64,000 nt of DNA from a virus, in the IMG/VR virus record IMGVR_UViG_3300030019_000576; one strand, written 5' to 3'. Of this stretch, positions 1 through 9,023 are shown piece by piece. The notes beneath the pieces are model-generated. The model saw nothing but the letters and a program-made list of their open reading frames with translations, searched no databases and was not told the origin of the DNA. Numbering within the stretch: the first letter of the stretch is position 1; every line of letters starts with the position of its first letter. A program made the translations under genes and the position numbers.

Positions 1-874
1 ATTCAGTTTAAATTCAGTAATGGAAGATTTATTTTTAACTATTAAAAATAAAAATAAAAATCTTGATGTTAAAATAAGATTGAATATACCTAAAATTGAT
101 ATAAAAATAGTAAGTGATAGTTTTAGAATATTACAAGTTCTTAATAATCTTATAAATAATTCAATGAAATTTACTAAAACAGGATATATAGAATTTGGAT
201 ATATTAAGAATGAAGATAATTTTTCATTTTTTGTTAAGGATACGGGGATTGGTATAAAAAAAGAAGAAAAAGATAAAGTATTTGAAAGATATTCACAATT
301 TAAAAATAAAAGCAAAACAAATAAACCAATTGGTCATGGATTAGGGTTAGCAATTTCAAAAGAATTAGTTACTTTAATGGGTGGTAAAATTTTAATGGAA
401 TCAGAATATAATAAAGGTACTACATTCATGTTTACTATTCCGAATAATAAAAAGTTAAATAAAGTTAAAATATTAAAAAGTGATGAAGAATATTATGATT
501 CTAATTTCAATGGTAAAAAAATACTTATCGTTGAAGACATTGACTTCAATATTAAACTATTAGAATCTTATCTTGAAGATACTAACGCAACATTAATAAT
601 CGCAAAAGATGGTAATGATGCTATATTTAAATACAATGAATATAAAAATGACTTAAATATTATATTAATGGATATTCAATTACCCGAAATGAATGGTACT
701 GATGTCACAAAAATAATTAGAACTGTTGATAAAGAAACACCTATAATAGCACAAACAGCTTACGCAATGAAAGATGATATACAAGGGATTATGGATTGTG
801 GTTTTAATGATATTATTAACAAACCGATTAAAAAAGAAGATTTATTAAGAATGATTTATAAATATATTCTTTAA
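1..874 (+). CDS. hybrid sensor histidine kinase C-terminal part (HATPase_c plus REC receiver); 5' partial, the frame is open to the window edge
   Basis: The N-box IRLNIPKIDIKIVSDSFRILQVLNNLINNSMKFT and the G-boxes GHGLGLAISKELVTLMGG identify an HK ATPase. It is followed by KKILIVEDIDFNIKLL...LIIAKDGNDA...ILMDIQLPEMNG...KP, a CheY-like receiver with its Asp. Codons 2-19 carry no stop, so the gene continues upstream of the window. Confidence 0.7.
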   Translation, partial: FSLNSVMEDLFLTIKNKNKNLDVKIRLNIPKIDIKIVSDSFRILQVLNNLINNSMKFTKTGYIEFGYIKNEDNFSFFVKDTGIGIKKEEKDKVFERYSQFKNKSKTNKPIGHGLGLAISKELVTLMGGKILMESEYNKGTTFMFTIPNNKKLNKVKILKSDEEYYDSNFNGKKILIVEDIDFNIKLLESYLEDTNATLIIAKDGNDAIFKYNEYKNDLNIILMDIQLPEMNGTDVTKIIRTVDKETPIIAQTAYAMKDDIQGIMDCGFNDIINKPIKKEDLLRMIYKYIL

Positions 875-1131
875 TCTATATCTTTCAATAACTTAAATGC
901 TAACGTATATGCTTTCGATTTATTTACTAATGAATTTGAAAACTTATACGTTATGTCATTTGTAACATCAATCAAATATATCATATCACTTTTAACAGTT
1001 GCATAAAACTTAAAAACTAATTTATTATTTATGGTGAATCTTGCTTCTTGATACCATTTATAAACTGCTGTATCATCAACTTCTATTGTTTTCCAAGTTA
1101 TAGATTTAGATTTTGTTATAATTGTTGCCAT
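871..1131 (-). CDS. hypothetical protein
   Basis: 86-aa ORF convergent with the kinase; no recognisable motif. Confidence 0.3.
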   Translation of the reverse strand: MATIITKSKSITWKTIEVDDTAVYKWYQEARFTINNKLVFKFYATVKSDMIYLIDVTNDITYKFSNSLVNKSKAYTLAFKLLKDID

Positions 1132-1185
1132 ATTATTGTATATTGGTTTTGTTTATATATAGTATATTAAAAATTAATTTATGAT

Positions 1186-1581
1186 ATGCAACCAAGTATT
1201 CAAACTATAATAAAAAATAATCGTATTCATTATTATAAAAAAATAACTTATAGTAAAAAATATAAGCGGATAGAATACTTGTATGATATTTATGAAAATG
1301 GTGAAGTAAAAACAACATCTTGTCATAATATTAAAAACCCTGCTGTTATCGTTTATTCAAATAATAAAATAACACGCTTAGAATATTGGGTTAAAGGTGA
1401 ACGTCATCGTGAAAATGCTGCATCTATAATTACTTTATCTAATAATAAAGTCACAACACAAATATGGTATCATCATAATGAAAAATTATCAGATGAAGAA
1501 GTTGAATCTATAAAAAAATGTATTGATAGAAGAAGAAAAATTATAAGAATTTTAATTAAGAAAAGAATGAAAAATAACTAA
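1186..1581 (+). CDS. hypothetical protein
   Basis: ATG ORF with a basic C-terminus; no recognisable motif. Confidence 0.4.
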   Translation: MQPSIQTIIKNNRIHYYKKITYSKKYKRIEYLYDIYENGEVKTTSCHNIKNPAVIVYSNNKITRLEYWVKGERHRENAASIITLSNNKVTTQIWYHHNEKLSDEEVESIKKCIDRRRKIIRILIKKRMKNN

Positions 1582-1604
1582 ATAAGTGGAATTACCCACC
1601 TATT

Positions 1605-2132
1605 TTATATAGTTTTCTTTGGTTTTATTACAACAGACATTTTATGACCTTCTAATTTAGGTAATGCTTCTGCTTGACCAAATTCTGATAATGCATCAAC
1701 CAATTTTAATAATAAAAATTGACCTTTATCCGAATATATAATTTCCCTTCCTTTGAAGAAAACATATGCTTTTACCTTATCACCTTTCTTTAAGAAAGCA
1801 GTTGCATGATTTAACTTAAAATCAAAATCATGGTCATCTGTATTAGGTGTAAAACGCAATTCCTTCACTTCTGATAAGTTTTGTTTATTCTTCTTATCTT
1901 GTTCTTTCTTTTTCTTTTTTAATTCATATAGATACTTACTATAATCTTCTATCTTACATATAGATGGGGAAACATTGGAATTTACTTCTATTAAGTCTAA
2001 TCCTTGTTCATTAGCAATTTTTAATGCTTCGTATCGTGTATAAACACCGACTTCAATGTTACTTCCTACAAGACGTACTTCCCTTGAAGTAATCTCATTA
2101 TTAATTTTAACTAAATCTTCTTTTTTTGACAT
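1605..2132 (-). CDS. infC: translation initiation factor IF-3
   Basis: Aligns along its whole length to bacterial IF-3: EVRLVG...GV, ALKIANEQGLDLIEV, PVCKIMDY-like SICKIEDY, KELRFTP.TD.HD...KL, FLKKGDKVK...F+GRE. The start is ATG, not the atypical AUU. Confidence 0.8.
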   Translation of the reverse strand: MSKKEDLVKINNEITSREVRLVGSNIEVGVYTRYEALKIANEQGLDLIEVNSNVSPSICKIEDYSKYLYELKKKKKEQDKKNKQNLSEVKELRFTPNTDDHDFDFKLNHATAFLKKGDKVKAYVFFKGREIIYSDKGQFLLLKLVDALSEFGQAEALPKLEGHKMSVVIKPKKTI

Positions 2133-2204
2133 GTTTTTATCTAAAATTCTATTTCTTATATTATATAATAGTATTTTTATTTTGTTTATTTTATTATTAT
2201 ATAT

Positions 2205-2771
2205 TTATACTATTATCCCTCTTTCTACCATTATTTTTCTTATATTTTTCTTTTTCAATATAATATCATCATCGGTGTTAATAGTTTTAACAAATGGTTT
2301 AACAGTATTTATAATATCATCAAGATATTCATCATATGTTTTTCTTTCTTCTTTAAACATATCTGCTACATCCAATCTATTAAATGCACATCTTACATCA
2401 GCAATAAACACCCCTGGTTCGAAATCAATATAATCATCAAATGAATAAAGTATATCAACCCCATTTTTTGATAAATAAAAATTATTTTCAATCCAAAATT
2501 TTTTAATATTACTTGCTTCTAAAAAATCTTTCTTTTTCTTCAATTTTCCATCGAAAGTATTATCCCAAATTAAATTAGACTTATCTAAATCAAGTTTAAT
2601 TAAAACATCAGACATTAATAGTTGTGTACTAAAAAATATAAAGTCAGTAGTACTATATGTAATTGTAACTTTATTAAGATATTTTAAATAAATATTATCA
2701 TAAGTACCATCAAGTACCGTAATACCATATTTTGCTAATTCTTTCTTCTTTGTTTCTACTGAGTTTGGCAT
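2205..2771 (-). CDS. hypothetical protein (start moved to an internal ATG; the ORF-track start at 2789 is a TTG)
   Basis: A promoter motif at 2784-2819 overlaps the TTG-extended N-terminus; the ATG at 2771 gives MPNSVETKK. Confidence 0.45.
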   Translation of the reverse strand: MPNSVETKKKELAKYGITVLDGTYDNIYLKYLNKVTITYSTTDFIFFSTQLLMSDVLIKLDLDKSNLIWDNTFDGKLKKKKDFLEASNIKKFWIENNFYLSKNGVDILYSFDDYIDFEPGVFIADVRCAFNRLDVADMFKEERKTYDEYLDDIINTVKPFVKTINTDDDIILKKKNIRKIMVERGIIV

Positions 2772-2783
2772 ATTATTAATTTT

Positions 2784-2819
2784 GAACAAAGATAATACAT
2801 TATTTTAATATATGCAAAT
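2784..2819 (-). promoter_or_regulatory. conserved phage promoter motif
   Basis: gaacaaagataatacattattttaatatatgcaaat. Confidence 0.45.
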
Positions 2820-2830
2820 AAAAACAGAAA

Positions 2831-2854
2831 AAACACTAAATAATTAGTGTTTTA
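2831..2854 (-). terminator. rho-independent terminator
   Basis: AAAACACTAA-ataa-TTAGTGTTTT after the stop of 2870..3286, forming a terminator-promoter cassette with 2784-2819. Confidence 0.55.
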
Positions 2855-2869
2855 ATTTTTATTAATAAT

Positions 2870-3286
2870 TTAATGTAATTTATGTCTAATATCTACTTCT
2901 GACAACTTACCTGTTATTAATATTTCTGTACTATTTTCATTTTGTTTATATGTATTAACTTCTAAACCTAAAGTTTCAAGAAATTCACATACGGGTTTGA
3001 TCTTATCAAATTCAATAGAATTTACAAAAGCATCATATAAATTTAATTTAAAAGTATCACTAATAGTTTTCATTAATTTAACATTAACATGACTTGTAGC
3101 AATCATTTCATTTTCAATAAAACAATCGGGTATTTCTTTAGTAGCTTCATTAAGTATCTTAATATGTATCCATATTCTATCTACATGTGTACCAATCTTT
3201 TTAGTAAACATATTTTTTAAAGTTTTTAGTTCTAACAATTCTTCGTTTATTTTATTTTCATAACATTTAATATATTTCATAAACAT
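2870..3286 (-). CDS. hypothetical protein
   Basis: Co-oriented ORF, followed by the hairpin terminator at 2831-2854. Confidence 0.45.
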   Translation of the reverse strand: MFMKYIKCYENKINEELLELKTLKNMFTKKIGTHVDRIWIHIKILNEATKEIPDCFIENEMIATSHVNVKLMKTISDTFKLNLYDAFVNSIEFDKIKPVCEFLETLGLEVNTYKQNENSTEILITGKLSEVDIRHKLH

Positions 3287-3305
3287 AATTAATTTTATGT
3301 ATATA

Positions 3306-3863
3306 TTATTTTTTAAACCACGATTTTTTTTCTTTTTTTTCTATTTTATTTATTGCTTCACTTACATGCATCACCTGTTTCACATATTTCTTATCAGAAT
3401 TAGATTCATAATTATCAGAAATATGTGCTTCTATAATATTATTATTAATATTATCAACAATTTTTTCTATTTCAACAGAATTGTAAATCATTCGTGGTAT
3501 ACAAACATCTTTATTTATTGGTAATTTAATATCACCCATAACATCTTCTAAATATAATCCATTTTTATATTCACTCAATATTTTTTGAAGGGTAAATTCT
3601 GCTTGTGCTCTTGATATACCACCAATAGGAACTTTAAAGGTTCTCCGAAAATTATTTTTATTATCATAAATATCATATGTAGTTGCACCTGTTACATAAT
3701 CTTGTGATTCACGTAAAGTAATACCTTTAGGTATATTTAAAATACTACTATCTATTGTTTTACATGCATTTTCTTGTGCTTTAAGTTTATCCATATTAGT
3801 TTTCATTTCGTTCATTTCGTTCATTAATTTTTCAAACTTTTTAGTATTTTGCATAAGTTTCAT
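3306..3863 (-). CDS. hypothetical protein
   Basis: Co-oriented ORF with a coiled-coil-like N-terminus. Confidence 0.45.
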   Translation of the reverse strand: MKLMQNTKKFEKLMNEMNEMKTNMDKLKAQENACKTIDSSILNIPKGITLRESQDYVTGATTYDIYDNKNNFRRTFKVPIGGISRAQAEFTLQKILSEYKNGLYLEDVMGDIKLPINKDVCIPRMIYNSVEIEKIVDNINNNIIEAHISDNYESNSDKKYVKQVMHVSEAINKIEKKEKKSWFKK

Positions 3864-3875
3864 ATTTTTTTATTT

Positions 3876-5075
3876 TTATAACATTTTTGCTAATTCTTTC
3901 AAATCTTCAAGATAATATATATCTAAATCATCATTTGAAAAATATTTTTCGAAATCAAATCTTTCAAATATCGGTTTTTTTCTAAATTTTAACTGTAATG
4001 CATTAAAATCCTTAATATCATTAAGTGTTTCTATTAATTCATCCTTTGTCATTGTACCTTTATATCCCTTTATGATATCAATGAAGAATTTATTCCATAA
4101 AAATATAGTATATTTTTTATTAATCATTTCCCTTGATTTTTTAAAACCTGCTCTATCATTATCAAAAATAAAGTTTATCATCAATCCATCTTCTTTCAAT
4201 AAAAATGATAAATCAGTATTTACACCAACCATACCTATTGAATTTGGTAAAAATAAACTATCAATATAACCTTCAAATATATTAACAGGTTTAGTCCAAT
4301 TTATTCTAAATATATTAAAAAAATGTGATAATTTATCATATGACATTTTTTCTTGGTCATCTAATTCACCTTCTGGATATATTTCAAAAAAAACTTTAGA
4401 AAAATCATATATTTTAAACATACGTTTATCACCATCTAAAAGATTACGTACTTGTAATGAAACTACTTTATTTTTAACTTTATTAATATAAACCATACAT
4501 GGTTGCATCCATTTATCAGTAATCCAAAATTCACATTGGTAAATATCTTCTGTTCTACCAATCTTTCGAATATTCCTAACATAAGTATCAACTATGCTAC
4601 CACTTTGTAATGGTTTTAATTTTGTAATATGTCTGTATTTTTTATCACTATAAAAATTAGTTAAATCTTGTATGTCGAATAATTTATCTAAATTATCAAA
4701 TTGAACATCTTCAACTTGATGGTATGTTATATTAGAATCAAGATAATTATATAATTGAAGTTTTTTATCCAAATCCATGTCAACATTAAATGTTTTCAAT
4801 AATTTAGTGAATGAACGTGAACACGTATCTTCATTATAACATTTAAAAAACATCGAATTAAAATAAACATGACCACGCTTTTTTGAAGCAATTCGGTGGG
4901 AATCACCACATATAGGACAACTGAAATTAAATTCCCCATTATGCTCTATAATACGTCTTTTATCAGGTGCATTAGCTTTATCTAAAACTTGCTGTAATAA
5001 ATATTTAATATATTCTTTATCTAATGTAACATCTTTATTAACCATACTTACTTTATTTTCTAATAGGTCTTCCAT
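3876..5075 (-). CDS. DNA primase (zinc-ribbon plus TOPRIM, DnaG or T7-gp4 primase-like)
   Basis: Zinc ribbon CPICGDSH...KCYNEDTC, followed by a TOPRIM with a conserved Glu (IFEGYIDSLFL) and a DxD (FIFDNDRAG). Confidence 0.6.
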   Translation of the reverse strand: MEDLLENKVSMVNKDVTLDKEYIKYLLQQVLDKANAPDKRRIIEHNGEFNFSCPICGDSHRIASKKRGHVYFNSMFFKCYNEDTCSRSFTKLLKTFNVDMDLDKKLQLYNYLDSNITYHQVEDVQFDNLDKLFDIQDLTNFYSDKKYRHITKLKPLQSGSIVDTYVRNIRKIGRTEDIYQCEFWITDKWMQPCMVYINKVKNKVVSLQVRNLLDGDKRMFKIYDFSKVFFEIYPEGELDDQEKMSYDKLSHFFNIFRINWTKPVNIFEGYIDSLFLPNSIGMVGVNTDLSFLLKEDGLMINFIFDNDRAGFKKSREMINKKYTIFLWNKFFIDIIKGYKGTMTKDELIETLNDIKDFNALQLKFRKKPIFERFDFEKYFSNDDLDIYYLEDLKELAKML

Positions 5076-5139
5076 ATATTTGCGTAATTAAAAATTATTT
5101 CTTATCTTTGTATTCCAATTTTAATAAAAAGTTTAATAA

Positions 5140-5547
5140 ATGAATGATATAGTAATAAATATAATTACAAATACTGATAATTTAATAGATAATATGTTTT
5201 TATCTGATGGTAATAAACACCATTTAACCCAATATAATACATCTGAAATGTTTAAAGATTTATTAGATATAACTATTCAACTTTCAAATGATAAAATATG
5301 GATACCATCAAGAATTCATTATATAAAAGAATTAAAAAATAGTTCAGAATATAATTTAGTTGAATGTTTACAGTTTTGTAACTTAATAAAAGTTTTTGTT
5401 AATATAAATCCAAATGGATTTTTTAATCAGGGATTTTATGAGCTATATAATATGACTTTAAAAGATTTTCAATATATGTATAAAAATAATATTGATATAA
5501 ACCTAATGTTAAGAAGAAAAAAACTATTAAAAATATTTAAGAAATAA
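5140..5547 (+). CDS. hypothetical protein
   Basis: ATG ORF; TATCTTTG (TAnnTTTG) lies about 25 nt upstream on the + strand. Confidence 0.45.
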   Translation: MNDIVINIITNTDNLIDNMFLSDGNKHHLTQYNTSEMFKDLLDITIQLSNDKIWIPSRIHYIKELKNSSEYNLVECLQFCNLIKVFVNINPNGFFNQGFYELYNMTLKDFQYMYKNNIDINLMLRRKKLLKIFKK

Positions 5548-5641
5548 AATATAATATATTATTATAAATGTATATATCATGATCTTGCACGTTTTTTTGA
5601 AAAAACTTGTGTATTTCATATTTTTTTAGTATATTTGTACC

Positions 5642-6118
5642 ATGAAACTAAACGTAAAAATTTGTGTGGGAATACCTGCTTCTGGGAAGTCTACCTTTTC
5701 AGCACAGTATGTTTTTGATAATCCTGAAACAAAGCGTATAAACAAGGACTGTTTGAGGGAAATGTTTAATCCAGGTAAAGTTACCAAAGTAAACGAAAAC
5801 TTCATTAGAATGTCTCGTATGAAGTTAATTGAGCTATGTATGATAATGGATAGACATGTATTAATTGATGATACTAACTGTATCCAAGAAAGATTGGATG
5901 AACTTATATCAGATATTAAAATTGCAGCAAGTGCAATGGGTAAAAAAGTTGAAATTGAAATAATTGATTTTCAAACGGATTTTCAGACTTGTTTAGAAAG
6001 AAATAGAAATAGAAAAAAGGTTGTAGAAGAAAGATTTTTATATTTTATGCAAAAATCAAAAGATAATTTGGATTTTAAAGCACTTAAATTCCATACATAC
6101 ACAATAAAAAAGGACTGA
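5642..6118 (+). CDS. polynucleotide 5'-kinase-like P-loop kinase (T4 Pnk kinase-domain-like)
   Basis: Walker A GIPASGKST, INKDCLRE, LIDDTNCIQERL and a C-terminal ERNRNRKK align with the T4 Pnk kinase domain; no phosphatase domain is present. TATATTTGTACC abuts the ATG, so the mRNA may be leaderless. Confidence 0.6.
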   Translation: MKLNVKICVGIPASGKSTFSAQYVFDNPETKRINKDCLREMFNPGKVTKVNENFIRMSRMKLIELCMIMDRHVLIDDTNCIQERLDELISDIKIAASAMGKKVEIEIIDFQTDFQTCLERNRNRKKVVEERFLYFMQKSKDNLDFKALKFHTYTIKKD

Positions 6119-6137
6119 TTAATTTCAGTCCTTTTTT
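6104..6137. terminator. bidirectional rho-independent terminator
   Basis: AAAAAGGACTGA-TTAATT-TCAGTCCTTTTTT, a perfect 12-bp stem flanked by A- and T-runs, sits between convergent genes. Confidence 0.7.
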
Positions 6138-6140
6138 ATT

Positions 6141-6440
6141 TTATTTATTTTTTGATAAATAATCTATTATTTCAATACTATCTTCTATTTGAGTTAATGC
6201 AATTCGAAAGGTTAATCTCATAGTTGCGTTTTTATCAAATTCATTAATTTGTTGTTCATAGAATTTTTTTCTTTTTAGTAATTGTGTACGTTTAATTGTT
6301 AAAAATGCATCAGAAAGAACATTATTTTTTTCAATACCACGTTCTATTTCAGATTCACTGTCATTATAAACGACACCATTATTATCTTCATAACCTTCAT
6401 TCATTTTCTTATTTTCAAAATATTCATTAAAATTTGTCAT
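6141..6440 (-). CDS. hypothetical protein
   Basis: Co-oriented ORF. Confidence 0.4.
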   Translation of the reverse strand: MTNFNEYFENKKMNEGYEDNNGVVYNDSESEIERGIEKNNVLSDAFLTIKRTQLLKRKKFYEQQINEFDKNATMRLTFRIALTQIEDSIEIIDYLSKNK

Positions 6441-6447
6441 ATATATA

Positions 6448-7308
6448 TTATTTTTTCTTTTTATCTTCTTTACAACAAACTATATCATCATAGTTATCCA
6501 TAGTCAATACTTTTGTATCTTTTAATAATTTAAGTGCATTTTCTGTTGCTGTGTGTAAATCCATATCTGTTTTAGCATCTTCCCTTGCATATTCCAACAT
6601 ACGAATGAACAATGGTACATCCATTGTAATAGTATCTATTTTATCAGAATCTTTTTTATCTTCTTCATCCTTTGAATTCTTTTTTTCATTTAAAAACTGT
6701 TCAAAGTTTAAGACAGCACTTTCATTACTATTACCTGTTGGTTCATCAATTACAAGTTCACCTTTAGCACCACCTGGGATATCAACACTGATTTCATTTT
6801 CACGTGGGTTAGATTTATCTTGGATTTCTTTTATATCTTCAATATCACCGTTAAAACCGGTCCATTCTTTTGCAATATTATAAATTTTATCATATTTAAT
6901 ATCAGGAAACTTTTTCATTAGTGCATTAGTTAATGTTTCAGTATCATCAGCATTATCAGCATTTTTTCTCCAACTATTAAAATTTAATTCTAAATCATCT
7001 TTAATATTAGATTCAATGCTTTCAGTAATATAATCACCAAATTTAATTATTTCTAAATCTTCTTTTACTGTTTCGGGAAGACCTTTATGTTTAGTTGATG
7101 CAAAATCTTTTGCTTTATTCATTGATATACCTTTTGTTTTTTTTCTTTTGTCACCTGTTTTTCTTTTGGTACCATTAGCAATCCCTTTAATTTTATCAGC
7201 TAATGATTGTGGTAATTTGTCTAATTTCAAATCACCTTTTTCATATGCATATACCATACCCATGAGTCTTTGTTGTGATTTAGATGATGATTTTTCCTCG
7301 TTTAACAT
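6448..7308 (-). CDS. hypothetical acidic protein
   Basis: 286-aa ORF with a Lys-rich N-terminus and an acidic remainder; no recognisable motif. Confidence 0.45.
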   Translation of the reverse strand: MLNEEKSSSKSQQRLMGMVYAYEKGDLKLDKLPQSLADKIKGIANGTKRKTGDKRKKTKGISMNKAKDFASTKHKGLPETVKEDLEIIKFGDYITESIESNIKDDLELNFNSWRKNADNADDTETLTNALMKKFPDIKYDKIYNIAKEWTGFNGDIEDIKEIQDKSNPRENEISVDIPGGAKGELVIDEPTGNSNESAVLNFEQFLNEKKNSKDEEDKKDSDKIDTITMDVPLFIRMLEYAREDAKTDMDLHTATENALKLLKDTKVLTMDNYDDIVCCKEDKKKK

Positions 7309-7362
7309 ATAAGAAAATTATTTTATATTATATATAAAAATAATTATTGTATTATTATAAAA

Positions 7363-7397
7363 AAAAAGTATTTTATGTTATATAAAATACTTTTTAA
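7363..7397 (-). terminator. rho-independent terminator
   Basis: AAAAGTATTTTAT-gttatat-AAAATACTTTT hairpin immediately after the stop of 7400..8029. Confidence 0.55.
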
Positions 7398-7399
7398 TT

Positions 7400-8029
7400 C
7401 TATTGAAATAAACTTCTAAAATTTTTAATGTCTTCTGACTTTCTACTATTCCATATAGTATCATCAGATGTAGTGCTCATATCAGTCTCAATTTTGAAAT
7501 TTGTTAAATAAGATATAGGACACTTACATACTATTCTTAAAAAATCATCCCCACACCATATTTTTATATTATCAGGTATATCAACCCAATTCTTTTTATC
7601 AAATGCTATAAAGCATCCCCACCCAAATCGTTGTATATTCCTTTTATCTTCTTTACATATTATAGGTGCTTCATTATCTGTCGTGTAATTTGAAGTATCC
7701 ATCCCGATTATACCATATCTATCTAATCTATAAGGATTTAAAAATTTAAGAATAGATGTATTAAAATTAATATCATCATTAAGTAATGCAACCGAATAAT
7801 TTTTTGATAATTTAACACCTAAATTCCAAGCAGGATTCACAAATATATTTTGACCAGGTTGTATTAAATTTACTTTATGAAGTATTTTATCATAATGTTT
7901 ATAGTATTCATTGCTATTATCAATCAAAATTATTTCATCCACATCAGAACATTTTATTAAATCATCTAATAATTTATGTATTCTTTTTGATTTCCATAAT
8001 GTTGGTATTACTATTGATAATCTATTCAT
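7400..8029 (-). CDS. glycosyltransferase family 2-like
   Basis: N-terminal LSIVIPTLW...DEIILIDNS matches the GT-A fold signature. Confidence 0.5.
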   Translation of the reverse strand: MNRLSIVIPTLWKSKRIHKLLDDLIKCSDVDEIILIDNSNEYYKHYDKILHKVNLIQPGQNIFVNPAWNLGVKLSKNYSVALLNDDINFNTSILKFLNPYRLDRYGIIGMDTSNYTTDNEAPIICKEDKRNIQRFGWGCFIAFDKKNWVDIPDNIKIWCGDDFLRIVCKCPISYLTNFKIETDMSTTSDDTIWNSRKSEDIKNFRSLFQ

Positions 8030-8076
8030 AAAATATTTTATTTTTATATATTATAAAAACAGGGTTTTGTTTAAAT

Positions 8077-8106
8077 AAAAAACCCATAGAAAAATCTATG
8101 GGTTTT
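8077..8106 (-). terminator. rho-independent terminator
   Basis: AAAAACCCATAG-aaaaat-CTATGGGTTTTT hairpin after the stop of the sigma factor gene. Confidence 0.65.
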
Positions 8107-8109
8107 TAT

Positions 8110-8973
8110 TTAGTTAAGTCCGTGTTCATCAAGTAATTTAAACTTCTTGTTAACCATTGATTGTATTAACTGTCTACCTTTACTAATTTGTGATTTAATA
8201 GTTGAAAGATTTGTTGTTGTTTTATAAACCCCTATTAAAGAACCAATTGAATAAATTTCAATATCGTTGATATTCGATATTTCTTCACGATTTATATTAA
8301 ATATTGTTTGTGGTAAAATTTCAAATTCAATAACAATTTCTTTATCATAATGATTTTTATATGTAAATATAACATAGCTACTAACACTGCTATTATTTTC
8401 AAGTTCTAATGATAAAAATTCAGGTGTATCTTCCAATTTGAATGTTTCATCGTCAAGTTTTATTGAATATTCTTTTTTACATATATCAGCAATATCAAGA
8501 TACGTTTTATTTTCAATTTCCCGTAAAACCATAACATGTTTATATTTATCGGGTAACCTTTGAATTGCTTCTTTAACTAATTCTACTTTTTTTAATAAGA
8601 TTAAATCTTGTTCAGTTTTTACATCATCATATACCAAACTATTAGAAATAACCGTTGTAAGGTTTAAGTTATCATCATTTTGTTTATCCATAGAAACAAC
8701 ATTGAGTCGTTTTCTATCTTTATATTCTTTCTTTACTAAGTTTTCAGCTATTTTGTAAATCCATGTATGGATTTGTGATTTTTCAGCATTGAAGTTGTCT
8801 ATTTTTAATAGTGCTTGTGTAAATGCATCATCAGCAAAATCTTCTGCTATCTCTTGGTCTTTTGTGTATTTGGTCAGATGCCAAATTAATTTAGGTTTAT
8901 AAACTGCATAAAAATTAGAAAAATTAAGTCCAGTTATCTGTTCAAATTTGCGTGATAAGTTGTCGTTCAGCAT
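8110..8973 (-). CDS. RNA polymerase sigma factor, sigma-70/ECF type, with a C-terminal extension of about 110 aa
   Basis: Region 2 (IAEDFADDAFTQALLKIDNF, YKIAENLVKKEYKDRKR) and region 4 (LPDKYKHVMVLREIENKTYLDIADI) match ECF sigma architecture. Confidence 0.65.
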   Translation of the reverse strand: MLNDNLSRKFEQITGLNFSNFYAVYKPKLIWHLTKYTKDQEIAEDFADDAFTQALLKIDNFNAEKSQIHTWIYKIAENLVKKEYKDRKRLNVVSMDKQNDDNLNLTTVISNSLVYDDVKTEQDLILLKKVELVKEAIQRLPDKYKHVMVLREIENKTYLDIADICKKEYSIKLDDETFKLEDTPEFLSLELENNSSVSSYVIFTYKNHYDKEIVIEFEILPQTIFNINREEISNINDIEIYSIGSLIGVYKTTTNLSTIKSQISKGRQLIQSMVNKKFKLLDEHGLN

Positions 8974-9023
8974 AATAATATTTTGTTTTTAAATATGGGT
9001 TAGTATAGGTTTATATTATATCA

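Noticed and set aside
2056-2433. Numerous +-strand (and a few minus) ORFs in the track that lie entirely inside stronger opposite-strand or same-strand genes. These include 2056..2433, 3297..3524, 4072..4269, 6551..6883, 9136..9327, 9475..9690, 10785..10985, 11349..11585, 11615..11809, 12254..12604, 13610..13795, 14122..14358, 14563..14769, 17845..18155, 21007..21243, 22740..23063, 23348..23656, 24699..24908, 24977..25174, 27523..27708, 27861..28142, 28958..29191, 33944..34147, 35845..36178, 36808..36993, 40711..40920, 41348..41536, 41628..41987, 42868..43050, 44627..44860, 45538..45720, 49833..50033, 53049..53240, 54991..55303, 55583..55774, 58350..58568, 59488..59925, 63089..63401.
   Set aside because: They have low-complexity, Phe/Ile/Leu-rich translations typical of antisense reads of AT-rich coding DNA. 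They overlap genes with clear domain content, and they break the uniform minus-strand gene train.
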